From the IMG/VR virus record IMGVR_UViG_3300042308_001511, positions 248,001-312,000 of that record: a DNA stretch of 64,000 nucleotides, one strand, 5' to 3'. Below the pieces are notes generated by a model, which did no database searches, was not told where the DNA came from, and saw nothing but the letters and a program-made list of their open reading frames with translations. Numbering within the stretch: position 1 is the stretch's first letter; every line of letters begins with the position of its first letter. Positions 19,875 through 29,247 of the stretch are shown piece by piece. Position numbers and translations under genes: made by a program.

Positions 19875-20522
19875 TTAAACCAGTTTTATGTGTGTGTCTT
19901 CGTATTCGTCGTCGTTGACTCCTAAATAAACTTCATCGTTTCCTGCTTGTATGCTGAACATATCACCCAGTTCTTTACCCGGCTGGTCGAAACCTACCTT
20001 CTCAGCATCAAGCATGCTTTCGAAGTCCCATAGTTTCTCCTCTACGTCCTGCCCTGAGAACTTCAGTATTAAGTCTGTCGTGCTGTACTCCTCCTGTGGG
20101 TTTTCCTCAAAGCCTGCGAACTGAATACCATTGTCACTAGCCCATCTCTCGACCTCACTTCTCGATATGAGTATATTAAAGTCGTAGACGTCCTCCTCAA
20201 CACCTTTTATGAAATCGTAACCGTTGTTTTCTTTCAGCTCTATCATAAACTCCGCGGCAGTCATATTGAATAGTACTTTGTACCTGTCCGCCAGCCTGTC
20301 CGCTAACGTGAGTGCGTTGTCTTTTATGTTATTGTAGGTATCAATCATCTTCTCTAATCCGTCCTTGTCCAACCAACGTGAGCTAGCATCACCAATTGTC
20401 CATTTGTACCTGTTGTTGATTACTTCCGGATCACCAAACGCATCAGTGAACTCCTGCATACTGTCCCTAAGTTCGATATACTGTGAATTGTCGGACTCAT
20501 TGAATCTTCTTAAGTGTTTCAT
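19875..20522 (-). CDS. N-tag hypothetical protein
   Basis: MKHLRRFNES; shares DSxQExTDxxGxP..DNAxxxADRL with 19171. Confidence 0.65.
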   Translation of the reverse strand: MKHLRRFNESDNSQYIELRDSMQEFTDAFGDPEVINNRYKWTIGDASSRWLDKDGLEKMIDTYNNIKDNALTLADRLADRYKVLFNMTAAEFMIELKENNGYDFIKGVEEDVYDFNILISRSEVERWASDNGIQFAGFEENPQEEYSTTDLILKFSGQDVEEKLWDFESMLDAEKVGFDQPGKELGDMFSIQAGNDEVYLGVNDDEYEDTHIKLV

Positions 20523-22273
20523 TTCTTCTTACTCTTTTTCTTTTTAGAAAGTAAGCCTTCCTTTCTCCACTGACCAATCTGCTTACTAGCAACTGCCGAC
20601 TTCAGGAACTCCACGTTCTCCGGGTCCATAAGAAAGTGGTCAGAAACAACCAGATTCTTTATTCTAGCATCCGCAATTACATCCGATAATTTCCTACCCT
20701 CTGTGTCACTTTTCAACACTAAGTCTTGTAATTGCATACCCTCAAAGGATATGCCTGCTATGTCACAATTGATTAATGATAACTTATCCAATTTAGTACC
20801 TTCAAGTCCTTTTCTAAGATCCACCATATTAGTGCGGCACTCTCTTAGTTCTATGTCTCCGGTTCCAAATTTAGACAGTTCTGGCATATCAGAAATGTCA
20901 ATATTCACTATTGATAACTTTTCTAAATTGTATTTGAGGTCGAACAAGTTTGAGGGAACCTTCGGTGTAGATATAATCATTGTCTCGATCCTGTTATTCT
21001 CTCTAACAACCACATCACTCCAGTCAGTGCTCGGATTTATGTTTAAGAACCTACAATTTATACCTATTGTCCTTTTGTGTTGTATATTATGTAAAGTGTC
21101 ATGATAAGGACTATCTATATTATCATCTGATGATATATCCGGTGCGAATACATATACAGCACTCCTCGCATCCTCGTCTGTGGAGTCGAGATACCTTTTT
21201 ATACCTGCCACCTGCTCGACCATATTATATATGCCGTCATTCTCACCGTCACTCATACGTTGTGGGTAGACACGGTCGAAGAAAAGTCCTTTGCTTTCTG
21301 ATGGCATCACTATCGATCTTATGAAGAACCTTGCCAATGGAAGTTTTTCTGCTATTAGTTCACCATCACTATTATAAACAGGTGAGTCCAAATAGATGAA
21401 CGCTGGAACACTATTAGGATCAAATACATTAGCTAGTAAACTTCTTACATGTGATCCACCATATAATTCTTGACACGATGCATAAAATTTACTCACTGAT
21501 ATGTTGAGTATATCCTGTGGATTGTGTAGAATACTTACATAAACATCCTTATGAAAAACTTTGAGGTCTGCCTTATGTCCTTTCACTTCTGTGGCAAGCA
21601 TATTCTTTATGGACCCAATCTCAGAAGACGAGAAGTTCCTGTTAACAATCTGGTCTTCTCTACCTAGTTTCTTCATACAATCGTCGTAGTCCTTCGCAAA
21701 ACTATTAAGGTTATATAAACCGTTGTAGTAAGCAAACTCACCAGCAACTTTTTCCTCGAACTGAAACTGGCCATCCTCACCTTTTATTGGAACACCGAGC
21801 TCGTCTCTAACCATCTGTTTATCGGAACAGGTTGTCTTCACGTCAATTCTAGGTAGCACGTTGTTTGTCAGTGCGGCGATTTCTTCCAGGCCGATGTTAG
21901 TGAAATCTATACCATCTTCCATAAGTTCTGCAATTTTATCAGTCTCACTGGAATAATCATCTAATTCTAATGCCCAATTAAGTGCATCCGAAACCACCCT
22001 TATGAATTCGGTAGGTAAGTTATCAAAAACTAACTCAGCTTTTCGGATATTAGTTTTAAAGAATAAGTCTAATACACGGTATTTCTGCTCAGGTTCTAAT
22101 TTCCAATTACCCTGAATCGCTTTTATCTCGTCATTTGGTTCTATCTCTTCGTATTCGAGGTATTTTTTACCCCACCTTTTGGTAACTATTTCCTTTTGTT
22201 TAGGATTTATGACATCACCAATCTTAGCTTCAGTTAGGAACTGCTTTCTTCCTTTTATCCATTTCATATTCAT
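20519..22273 (-). CDS. N-tag protein with SC/AR/DRxY domain and C-terminal leucine-rich repeats
   Basis: MKWIKGRKQFLTEAK; YASCQ..LARFFIR..FFDRVYP; LEKLSIVNIDI, LDKLSLINCDI; TAATATATAA at 22277-22286. Confidence 0.65.
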   Translation of the reverse strand: MNMKWIKGRKQFLTEAKIGDVINPKQKEIVTKRWGKKYLEYEEIEPNDEIKAIQGNWKLEPEQKYRVLDLFFKTNIRKAELVFDNLPTEFIRVVSDALNWALELDDYSSETDKIAELMEDGIDFTNIGLEEIAALTNNVLPRIDVKTTCSDKQMVRDELGVPIKGEDGQFQFEEKVAGEFAYYNGLYNLNSFAKDYDDCMKKLGREDQIVNRNFSSSEIGSIKNMLATEVKGHKADLKVFHKDVYVSILHNPQDILNISVSKFYASCQELYGGSHVRSLLANVFDPNSVPAFIYLDSPVYNSDGELIAEKLPLARFFIRSIVMPSESKGLFFDRVYPQRMSDGENDGIYNMVEQVAGIKRYLDSTDEDARSAVYVFAPDISSDDNIDSPYHDTLHNIQHKRTIGINCRFLNINPSTDWSDVVVRENNRIETMIISTPKVPSNLFDLKYNLEKLSIVNIDISDMPELSKFGTGDIELRECRTNMVDLRKGLEGTKLDKLSLINCDIAGISFEGMQLQDLVLKSDTEGRKLSDVIADARIKNLVVSDHFLMDPENVEFLKSAVASKQIGQWRKEGLLSKKKKSKKK

Positions 22274-22352
22274 ATCTTATATATTATTTACATAACCTCT
22301 GAAAACTTCCAAAGATTTTATTATATTTGTAGTTAGTATAAACTTATTCATT

Positions 22353-22808
22353 ATGGACAAAATAGAATGCCAAGTGGTACTACTACCTACTGAAAAACAA
22401 TCAAATATAGTCTTCGTTAATCAAAAATTGGACTGGCTTGGTCAAAACCAACAAAAAAACGAAGAAAAGAAATTTGTATCATTCGTAGATGATAAAGGAA
22501 ATGTACTCGCGACTTCATTAAAAGAAGATGGATTCCCAAACATCGGTATTGACTTCCTATGGACATATGTAAAAGCAAACGGTAAAATAAATAGTGTATT
22601 CTTATTCGAAGATTTAAAAGACACCAATAATAAAGTAAGAACAAGAAACAATGGTGATGTTGTTGTAGCTAGATCTGACGAGAAAGAATTCACCGAGAAA
22701 GATGTAGTTGATATGTTATCTTATGCAATTGCACACTCTGGTATAAGCTCTAAAGAAATGAACCAAAAAATAGAAGAAACCATTAAATGGTTCAGATCCT
22801 ATAACTAA
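22353..22808 (+). CDS. Hypothetical protein
   Basis: TATATTTG at 22322-22329, terminator downstream. Confidence 0.6.
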   Translation: MDKIECQVVLLPTEKQSNIVFVNQKLDWLGQNQQKNEEKKFVSFVDDKGNVLATSLKEDGFPNIGIDFLWTYVKANGKINSVFLFEDLKDTNNKVRTRNNGDVVVARSDEKEFTEKDVVDMLSYAIAHSGISSKEMNQKIEETIKWFRSYN

Positions 22809-22812
22809 AAAC

Positions 22813-22844
22813 AAAAAAGGGACTATTTTTAGTACCTTTTTTTT
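22813..22844 (+). terminator. Intrinsic terminator
   Basis: AAAAAAGGGACTA-TTTT-TAGTACCTTTTTTTT. Confidence 0.6.
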
Positions 22845-22931
22845 ATCTCGTTTCAGCTACGTTACTATCATTCAAAGGATAACCTCCTCTTTCTCGAAGT
22901 CTACGTGAATGAAACACCAAAAAAAAATAAA

Positions 22932-23147
22932 ATGGAAGACATTACACTCTACAAACTCATAAAACAAACCTTTATCGAAGAAAACCCCACTGCCACCGTA
23001 CACGACGTCAGAGAAACCGCATACGACTCTATACTAATAATGTACACAACACCAGAATCATCACCCAAACTAAACATAAAAACAATAGAAACAACCCAAG
23101 CACTTGCCTGGGTCCGAGAAAAAAGACTAGGAGACATAGGACTCTAA
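22932..23147 (+). CDS. C-tag hypothetical protein
   Basis: ends VREKRLGDIGL; start moved to the first ATG. Confidence 0.6.
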   Translation: MEDITLYKLIKQTFIEENPTATVHDVRETAYDSILIMYTTPESSPKLNIKTIETTQALAWVREKRLGDIGL

Positions 23148-23180
23148 AATATAAACCGTATATTTGTAAAAAAAAAAGAA

Positions 23181-24131
23181 ATGATGATGAACAGAACCAC
23201 AAAAGAAGAATTCACACAGGAACTATCCGACTGGGCTAAAAACTGGGAAAACGATATCCAAAAGTCTCTAAAAAGAAACATCACACTTTATTTAAACGGA
23301 ATCGGCAATATGGGTGAATACCTGGCATCACTAATTTCCGGAAAAAAAGGCACCGCATCCGGCGGCAGCGGATTCGACCTATTACACGGCACAACCGCAG
23401 ATGAATCCAAATTCGCATGTCTTGTACAAGCAAAAAAATGCACAAACAAAAATTGCGAAACAAAATTCCTTTTCTTTATGCCAACCGATAAATGTGAAAA
23501 ATGTGGCAGCAACTTAGATTATATGAGCGACTCACGTTGGGGAATCGATTCAGATGCTGGCATAAAATACCACGAAACATTAGAATACTACTGGATGCAA
23601 ATACTTGAACCAGTAAAATACCACTACTCTTGTAGAGAATTCGTATACAAATGCTTTAGAATAGACGCTAAAGATAAAAACTTCTACGAATACCTAAAAA
23701 ACCAAAACGATAACGGATCCAAAAATAACTGCAACTTCCAACCATACTCCGTAGACTTCTACAGATCATCACCTGTACTTGTTGCAGAATTCAAAATAGA
23801 AATCGGTATCGAAACTAAAGTAACACCAACATTCTTCGACCTAGATAACCAACAACCCGAAGAATTCGATACAAAAATATTAGAAATAACACACTGCAAA
23901 AGAACTCTCGATGTATTAGGACTTGATGAAACCAAAATATACCCATACACTCAGAATAAAAATAAATCTTGGAGCAAACAAGATGTACTAGAAACAGGTT
24001 TCACTAAAGAAAGAGATTACCTAATCAAAATTATACTCGAAAACCTAAACGGTAAAAAACTTTCACAAATAGTTCCAATCAAACCAAAATCATTAGGCAA
24101 AGAAAGAGGAACAACAAGGAGAAAACTCTAA
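23181..24131 (+). CDS. Putative PD-(D/E)xK endonuclease with Zn ribbon (restriction-enzyme-like)
   Basis: MGEYLAS..SGFDLL..DESK; CTNKNC..CEKC; convergent with a DNA MTase. Confidence 0.5.
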   Translation: MMMNRTTKEEFTQELSDWAKNWENDIQKSLKRNITLYLNGIGNMGEYLASLISGKKGTASGGSGFDLLHGTTADESKFACLVQAKKCTNKNCETKFLFFMPTDKCEKCGSNLDYMSDSRWGIDSDAGIKYHETLEYYWMQILEPVKYHYSCREFVYKCFRIDAKDKNFYEYLKNQNDNGSKNNCNFQPYSVDFYRSSPVLVAEFKIEIGIETKVTPTFFDLDNQQPEEFDTKILEITHCKRTLDVLGLDETKIYPYTQNKNKSWSKQDVLETGFTKERDYLIKIILENLNGKKLSQIVPIKPKSLGKERGTTRRKL

Positions 24132-24157
24132 AAACAAATAAAACAAATAAAACAAAT

Positions 24158-24180
24158 AAGAGGCCAAACGGCCTCTTTTT
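24158..24180. terminator. Bidirectional terminator
   Basis: AAGAGGCC-AAAC-GGCCTCTTTTT between convergent genes. Confidence 0.75.
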
Positions 24181-24182
24181 CT

Positions 24183-25196
24183 TTATTCTAAATCCAATTC
24201 CGAATCCAATTCCGATTCCAAACCAGAATCCATCTTAATCAACTCCTTCTTACGCTTCTTACCCTTCTCCCTAACACTACCATCAAAGTAACCCTCCGGC
24301 AATTCAAAATTACTATCCTTTAACCTCTGTTCAACCAACCAAAAATACCTCTGATCTATATCAACTCCTAAATAGTCACGCCCTAACCTCTTAGCACCCA
24401 TTAATGAACTACCAGAACCCATAAAAAAATCTATCACCAAATCACCCTCTACCGAACTAGTCTTTATTATACGATCAACCAACATATCCGGCTTCTGTGT
24501 AGGATGAAACTTAGTACCCTTCTTAAAATAAAAAACAATATCGTCCCAAACATCCGTAAGTCCAAACTGCATATTGAATTTGTAAACCATATCATCATAC
24601 GCCGGTAACCTACCGTCAAATAAAATATCCAACTTAGTCCAATCCTCCCTCGTTGGCTGCATCAATGTCTTCTGTCTCAAACCGGCTATAGAACTCCACG
24701 TTCCACCTCCCCATGATGCCTTACCCAAATACTCATTTATCTCCTTTGGCGTAAGACCCTTCCTATCCTTCTCAACATTCAAAAGCTTCCTAATAACATC
24801 CGTAGAATCATAGTAAAATAAAAATGCACTCTCCGTAGTAGTTGGATACATCTTCAACTTAGAACTAACACGACCCGCCGCACTCTTCATACCCTTCCAA
24901 ATAACAACCTGCTGCTTAAACTTAAAACCATACCTCTCAAAAATAGGTATCAACATAGATAACTGATAAGGAAAACCAAAAACCCATACAGATCCAGAAT
25001 ATTTCGATATCCTCGAAACCTCACTAATCCATTTCTCACACCAATCTAAATACTCATCTATACTACGCCACTGCTTATCCCAATCCTCATTCACCACATT
25101 CATATACGGCGGATCTAATAAAAACAAATCACAGCTCCTGTCTGGTAACGTCGGCAAAAATTTGATTATGTCCGCGTTGTGAATCTCATTCCTCAT
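24183..25196 (-). CDS. Beta-class N6A/N4C DNA methyltransferase
   Basis: DLFLLDPPY before FHPTQKP and DFFMGSGS; helical insert in the TRD region. Confidence 0.9.
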   Translation of the reverse strand: MRNEIHNADIIKFLPTLPDRSCDLFLLDPPYMNVVNEDWDKQWRSIDEYLDWCEKWISEVSRISKYSGSVWVFGFPYQLSMLIPIFERYGFKFKQQVVIWKGMKSAAGRVSSKLKMYPTTTESAFLFYYDSTDVIRKLLNVEKDRKGLTPKEINEYLGKASWGGGTWSSIAGLRQKTLMQPTREDWTKLDILFDGRLPAYDDMVYKFNMQFGLTDVWDDIVFYFKKGTKFHPTQKPDMLVDRIIKTSSVEGDLVIDFFMGSGSSLMGAKRLGRDYLGVDIDQRYFWLVEQRLKDSNFELPEGYFDGSVREKGKKRKKELIKMDSGLESELDSELDLE

Positions 25197-25303
25197 ATTA
25201 CAATAAATTTATATTTATATTCAAAATAAACCTAATAGTTTCCCTCCAAAATTTATATTATAATACTAAAAAATCCATATATTCGTAAAAAAATAAAAAA
25301 AAC

Positions 25304-25801
25304 ATGAACGACTACACATACCAAAAATTCAAAGAAGACTTTGAAAACGCCCAAACACCCGAAGCTAAACAAGATGCCATCTTTACCTTGCTAGATTCCA
25401 ATATCGACATAAATGAATATAAAGAAGATATCCAAGAATATAAAGATCAACTCAAAGATCTGAAACATCAAATGGAAGTAGAAGAAGATACCTACATAAA
25501 CAAAGGCATCGATAACGGAACATTTACACTCTACACCTGTACACAAAACATCCATCAATACACCGCAGGAAACAACTACTACGTAAGTATCGATAACATC
25601 AAAACCAGATACACCGCAGCTCTTATCGGAGATGCCCCAGAATCTGAAATACCAAATGCAATAAAAGAATACTTCAACGGTCTAAAAGACCTAATCTGGA
25701 TCGTTACTGACAATGGATTAGGAACACTAAAAAAGAAAGAACTTGTAGTAGGTCTTAATTTTCACGACTTTGATTTTAATAAACACTTCACAAAACTATG
25801 A
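25304..25801 (+). CDS. Hypothetical protein
   Basis: TATATTCG at 25278-25285. Confidence 0.6.
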   Translation: MNDYTYQKFKEDFENAQTPEAKQDAIFTLLDSNIDINEYKEDIQEYKDQLKDLKHQMEVEEDTYINKGIDNGTFTLYTCTQNIHQYTAGNNYYVSIDNIKTRYTAALIGDAPESEIPNAIKEYFNGLKDLIWIVTDNGLGTLKKKELVVGLNFHDFDFNKHFTKL

Positions 25802-25861
25802 AATCAAAAAAATGTAGTATATTCGTAAAAACAAACTTTTCTTAAAACTAAAACGAAACCT

Positions 25862-26359
25862 ATGAAAACAATACTTACAATTATACTGACAACATTCACC
25901 TTATGTGTAAATGCTAATTATGTAATTAAAGATTCTACAACACTAAAAAATGAACTAAATGAACAAAAAATACAACTTAATTACTTATTTAGTTTACTTT
26001 CTAAAAATGAAGAACTAAATGGAATTTTACAAAAAATAAATGATCAAGAAAAATACAAATTTCTCAAAATAACATTCGGTCTAAACAAAAATGACGAACT
26101 CTTCAAAACTAATCAAAACATAAGTAGAATCAAATTCACTATCGCACAATATTTATACCGTTTACATTCTAAAATAGACACAACAAATATAGAAGAAGTG
26201 AAAAAAACTACACAAATACTCAAAAATATAAATATCATATCAACCAGTAATTATGATATGTTAGATAGTGATTTCACTGATAAACCCCTCAAAAAAACCA
26301 AATTGTATAAAGAACATAAAAATGATTACAGACAAAAAAGAATCAAAGAATTTTTCTAA
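25862..26359 (+). CDS. Secreted hypothetical protein
   Basis: Signal peptide MKTILTIILTTFTLCVNA; TATATTCG at 25818-25825. Confidence 0.65.
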   Translation: MKTILTIILTTFTLCVNANYVIKDSTTLKNELNEQKIQLNYLFSLLSKNEELNGILQKINDQEKYKFLKITFGLNKNDELFKTNQNISRIKFTIAQYLYRLHSKIDTTNIEEVKKTTQILKNINIISTSNYDMLDSDFTDKPLKKTKLYKEHKNDYRQKRIKEFF

Positions 26360-26377
26360 ACTAGATAACAAAAAAAA

Positions 26378-26425
26378 ATGCGAAAACTACTAACAATCAT
26401 CCTAACAACACTTGCGTTATACTAA
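26378..26425 (+). pseudogene. Signal-peptide remnant MRKLLTIILTTLALY*
   Basis: LTIILTT identical to 25862; stop falls inside palindrome copy 1. Confidence 0.5.
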
Positions 26426-26710
26426 AAATACCACGTTTTTTAGTATGTTTTTTTCTGAACCGTGCAAGCACCTATAAATTGTTATTTCAAAAGCGGCTAT
26501 ACCGTAAATGCAGGTACATGCATCGGTCTCTAGGAGCCTTGCCCTTACTGGCTTTCAGAGGGTCTCATTTTTTTCACTGGTTTTCACTTTTTTTCCACAG
26601 GTTTTGAGCTTGTAGGCGTTGGTAAATAGTTACTAGGTCCCATACAAAAAAAACGTGGGATTTTTGGCACCTCAATTTTGGATATACTAAAAATCACGTG
26701 TTTTTTAGTG
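26419..26710. other. Candidate replication origin / skew-switch locus
   Basis: Non-coding, flanked by palindromes at 26419 and 26642/26684; hairpins 26508-26523 and 26542-26562; + strand changes from C/A-rich to G/T-rich here. Confidence 0.5.
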
Positions 26711-26750
26711 CTTTATTTTTTTGAATATATACTCTAAAATAAACTGAGTT

Positions 26751-27011
26751 ATGCAGATATTGAAGACATATGAGGGATTCCACGGGTATGGACCACAAAA
26801 GAAGAGGATATTGATTGAACAAAAGATGAAGTTTTTGCCTTTATTGGAGCAGCTACCAGATGAGGCAGATTTTTCTGTTGTTCATCAGAGTGATAAGTGG
26901 ACTGCGATTTCCTTTATCAAAATGGGTGGGAATCCGAGTGAGTTTTACTTAGATAAGGTTTTAGACATACTAAAGGAGAATGGCATTGACACCTCATCAA
27001 TCAGTGAGTGA
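26751..27011 (+). CDS. N-tag hypothetical protein
   Basis: MQILKTYEGF; GAATATATAC at 26723-26732. Confidence 0.6.
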   Translation: MQILKTYEGFHGYGPQKKRILIEQKMKFLPLLEQLPDEADFSVVHQSDKWTAISFIKMGGNPSEFYLDKVLDILKENGIDTSSISE

Positions 27012-27095
27012 TCATTTTTTTATAAGATACTAAAAATCACGTGTTTTTTTGTATATTTCAAATTTATATACAAAAAAACACGTGATTTTTAGCAT

Positions 27096-27791
27096 TTATT
27101 TGTTTTTGAAATATGTTAGGCCGAATGTGAATGTGTGTATTGTTTTCACTTTTTGTATTCCGTAGTAGTTATAGACATCTGCCGCAGTTATTGCTAAATT
27201 GGTTGCTATTCTATAGCTTATTTTAGTTGTTCCGTAAATAATAACATTTTCGCCACCATTTATAACGGGTTGATAATAATATTCGCTAGTAAATGTAAGT
27301 TTTTGTAGTTCTCTTACTATTTTTAGACGGAAAGAGTGTCTTATATATGATATGTCTTTGTTATTTATTCTTTGCCACAATAGGGCGTATGAGTAATTGA
27401 TTTTGAAACCTATAATTGTATCTCTTCTACCATATCCGATACCGATTAGGTTATCTAAATTCAGATCACGTGTTAGTGAGTAAGTTGTTTGTATTGTAGT
27501 AAATGCGCTATTATTTTTATTAGAGTATGGTATAATTAGTTTATTAGAAAATTCATTACTAATTAGTTTACTGGAGTATGAGATATCGTGATTTAGGTTG
27601 TTATTTATTGATATTTTGCCTAATTCGATATTTGTTGTGGAGTTTATACTCCCGTTGTAAGTTTTCTTAGAGTTATCGATATAATTGAATCCGAGTGTAT
27701 TATTGAGGTTATATTTCTGTGAAAAGATTATTATTGGTAGTAGTAATACCAATATTGTTATTTTGATTTTGTGTAATATACTAAAATTCAC
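27096..27791 (-). CDS. Outer-membrane beta-barrel protein (DUF481-like)
   Basis: Signal-like N-terminus, alternating beta strands, YYQP, ends TFTFGLTYFKNK; GTG start lies in palindrome copy 6. Confidence 0.6.
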   Translation of the reverse strand: MNFSILHKIKITILVLLLPIIIFSQKYNLNNTLGFNYIDNSKKTYNGSINSTTNIELGKISINNNLNHDISYSSKLISNEFSNKLIIPYSNKNNSAFTTIQTTYSLTRDLNLDNLIGIGYGRRDTIIGFKINYSYALLWQRINNKDISYIRHSFRLKIVRELQKLTFTSEYYYQPVINGGENVIIYGTTKISYRIATNLAITAADVYNYYGIQKVKTIHTFTFGLTYFKNK

Positions 27792-27805
27792 GTGATTTTT
27801 TGTAT

Positions 27806-28453
27806 TTAGAATGTTAGTTTTAGAGATTTGAGTATATGGTTATCATTAGATCCTCCTGTTGCAGCGCCTATACCTAAGTAGTAATTGTTATTATCGAAAG
27901 TAAAGTTTGTATATGAATGTTGCTCTGTAACGGGTTTTGTGTTACTGGTTGAGTAATATACCTTAGCGGTGCCGTTTGAGTGGTTGTAATCGAGCCAATA
28001 GTATGCATTTTGTCTAAATGAGATGGCTTGTGTTTCTGTGCCTTGGCTGGTATTATTTTTGTACCAGGTAACATTGTTATTGGTGAATGTAAGGAATGTT
28101 ATTGCGTTTATGGCGGATGTAATTCTGCCTACGCCACCGCCGGATACTCCGTTAGAGTTATTTGTTTGTGTCCATTGGATTGAGAATCCGTCGGCACCTG
28201 TTCCGTCGCTACATTCGAAGTTCCATTGTAGAGAGAAGTTTCGGTTGTATTTTATTTTGTTTGATCTGTATATGTTACCTACGTTTGCGTTGGTGTTATT
28301 TGTTATGTATATCCAGTTGTTGGATATTCCATAAGTAGATACGAGGTTTAGACCTTGCGTAGATATAAAGTTATCGTAGTTGAAACTGTCGTTTGTTTTA
28401 CTTTTCGGTAGTTTGGTTAGAGGTCCAGAGAAGGATGATACTTTATTGAGCAT
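27806..28453 (-). CDS. L-type (legume/ConA-like) lectin domain protein
   Basis: GADGFS, YWLDYN, YLGIGAATGG..DNHILKS; late motif 28474-28483. Confidence 0.75.
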   Translation of the reverse strand: MLNKVSSFSGPLTKLPKSKTNDSFNYDNFISTQGLNLVSTYGISNNWIYITNNTNANVGNIYRSNKIKYNRNFSLQWNFECSDGTGADGFSIQWTQTNNSNGVSGGGVGRITSAINAITFLTFTNNNVTWYKNNTSQGTETQAISFRQNAYYWLDYNHSNGTAKVYYSTSNTKPVTEQHSYTNFTFDNNNYYLGIGAATGGSNDNHILKSLKLTF

Positions 28454-28574
28454 TTTTATTTATATGGTTTCTATTATATATTATAATAGATTATACTAAA
28501 AAACACGTGAATTTTAGTATATTATTTTATAGAGGTGCCAAAGGGGATGTGATTTTTGGCACCTTTTGTATTGT

Positions 28575-28883
28575 TTAGATGTTATTGAAATTGGCAACGA
28601 CGTTATTTATGATTTTGTTTTTGATGTATTCTTTGCCTTGTTCGTCTGTGAATTTTTCAATTTCTGGGTTTGACATAGCATCTATGGTTGTTTGTAAGGC
28701 AGCGGTTGTCACTTCCATTACGGTCAGGTGGAATACTTTGGCGAAGTTATTTTTCAGGATCTCGCGGTTGGCTTCCATAGTTTCGGTTCCTTCGTCGAAT
28801 AGTTCTAAAAGGAATTCTACTTGTTCGTTTACTGGTTTAGCTTTGATTGTGTCGGCTTGTTCTTGTGTTAGGATAGTTTTCAT
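28575..28883 (-). CDS. Hypothetical protein
   Basis: TATATTTG at 28905-28912. Confidence 0.6.
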   Translation of the reverse strand: MKTILTQEQADTIKAKPVNEQVEFLLELFDEGTETMEANREILKNNFAKVFHLTVMEVTTAALQTTIDAMSNPEIEKFTDEQGKEYIKNKIINNVVANFNNI

Positions 28884-28924
28884 TGTTTAGGTTTTAGTTT
28901 TAGACAAATATACGTACGTAGTTC

Positions 28925-28984
28925 TTATAAAGAAAATAAGACTAATGTCACAATAACGATAACGATTACGATAATAATAGGCAT
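28925..28984 (-). CDS. 19-aa hydrophobic peptide MPIIIVIVIVIVTLVLFSL
   Basis: Short ORF with TATATTTG promoter at 29008-29015. Confidence 0.35.
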   Translation of the reverse strand: MPIIIVIVIVIVTLVLFSL

Positions 28985-29090
28985 GGCTTTATGTTTTTAG
29001 TGTTTCTCAAATATACTCATTCTTTGGGTACCAGGTACTAACAGGTGCTAAAAAAGACGTATTTTTTAGTATATTATTATTTTATAAGAT

Positions 29091-29215
29091 AGGTTGGAGT
29101 CTACCCTCTGCGTGCTGGTAGTGCACGAACCCTTTTCCCGGCTTTCCCAGTGAGTTAGTATGTGAAGTTATGGTCCCATCGTTTCTTTTGTTAAAGATAC
29201 GGAACTTTCCTGGAT
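29091..29215. ncRNA. Non-coding repeat copy 1 (structured RNA or DNA element)
   Basis: Four identical blocks (14, 22, 21, 11 nt) shared with 33328-33454; indels break frame. Confidence 0.55.
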
Positions 29216-29247
29216 GAATGGCTAAAAAAGACGTATTTTTTGGCATA

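Noticed and set aside
6421-24160. AAAACAAT (6429-6452) and AAAACAAAT (24131-24158) short tandem repeats
   Set aside because: Low-complexity A-rich intergenic slippage next to terminators or promoters; no evidence of function.
26591-26599. DnaA box (TTTTCCACA)
   Set aside because: Single copy with one mismatch to TTATCCACA in a T-rich tract; too weak to call alone.
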